From positions 11,892,275-11,956,274 of the forward strand of contig NC_134032.1 in the NCBI RefSeq assembly GCF_964204645.1: 64,000 bases of DNA. Reading direction: 5' to 3'. Shown here piece by piece: positions 63,725 through 64,000 of the stretch (its first letter is position 1; each line of letters starts with the position of its first letter). Position numbers and translations under genes: made by a program. The notes under the pieces are model-generated. The model did no database searches and was not told the DNA's origin. It saw only the letters and a program-made list of their open reading frames with translations. The DNA is from Tubulanus polymorphus (lineage: Eukaryota > Animalia > Nemertea).

Positions 63725-64000
63725 TCACTTCCCAAATTTACATTTGAAAAGTTTTCGAGTTTCTTGGCGGAAATTCGTACTTAAAATGAAGTAAAAAACG
63801 CCATTGAAAGTAGAATTGATGGCGTTGGAATATTCATTCGTCACGTATTGAAGCGCCCATATCTGCGACCAGCGGGCCGGGTCGGATTCCCTGTTTAGAT
63901 TCATCAGGTGTGGAAATCGCTCCACGGTATTGATCACCATTTGCGGAAGGCTGCTGCAGATGAAAAAAATGGCGGCCGCCACGATCATAACCGTGCTCTG
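63725..64000 (-). CDS. 3' end (TM6, TM7, helix 8) of a class A peptide-receptor-like GPCR, 5'-partial
   Basis: MIVAAAIFFICSSLPQ (TM6 FxxCxxP-like) and NAINSTFNGVFYFILSTNFRQE (TM7/H8); the frame is open to the right edge. Confidence 0.85.
   Translation of the reverse strand, partial: QSTVMIVAAAIFFICSSLPQMVINTVERFPHLMNLNRESDPARWSQIWALQYVTNEYSNAINSTFNGVFYFILSTNFRQETRKLFKCKFGK

Overview
AT-rich, intron-containing animal genomic DNA. The gene content suggests a marine invertebrate, probably a lophotrochozoan (inference); there are no prokaryotic features. Gene models were built by hand from GT-AG sites and reading phase. In order they are: a large minus-strand coiled-coil exon running off the left edge; a multi-exon coiled-coil/Ser-rich gene (8804-17139) with an intronless rhodopsin-type GPCR nested in an intron between two copies of one TIR element; a tandem triplication of another intronless orphan GPCR (about 3.2 kb units); a 10-exon CUB-CUB-TM receptor whose cytoplasmic tail is an 11-copy tyrosine-motif array, in a frame the ORF track missed; a 4-exon class C GPCR; three secreted PAN/apple genes, two with a C-type lectin domain; a quick-to-court-like coiled-coil/GRIP gene; and the 3' end of a further class A GPCR. 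Non-coding features include several MITE families, a 92-bp satellite at two loci (one split by a (GAGAGG)n expansion), tRNA-derived sequences, and a TSD-flanked Penelope-like inverted repeat carrying hammerhead-ribozyme core motifs. Top leads are the tyrosine-array CUB receptor, the hammerhead/Penelope hairpin in its first intron, and the TIR-bracketed nested GPCR. All homology calls are by-eye motif recognition, not database results.
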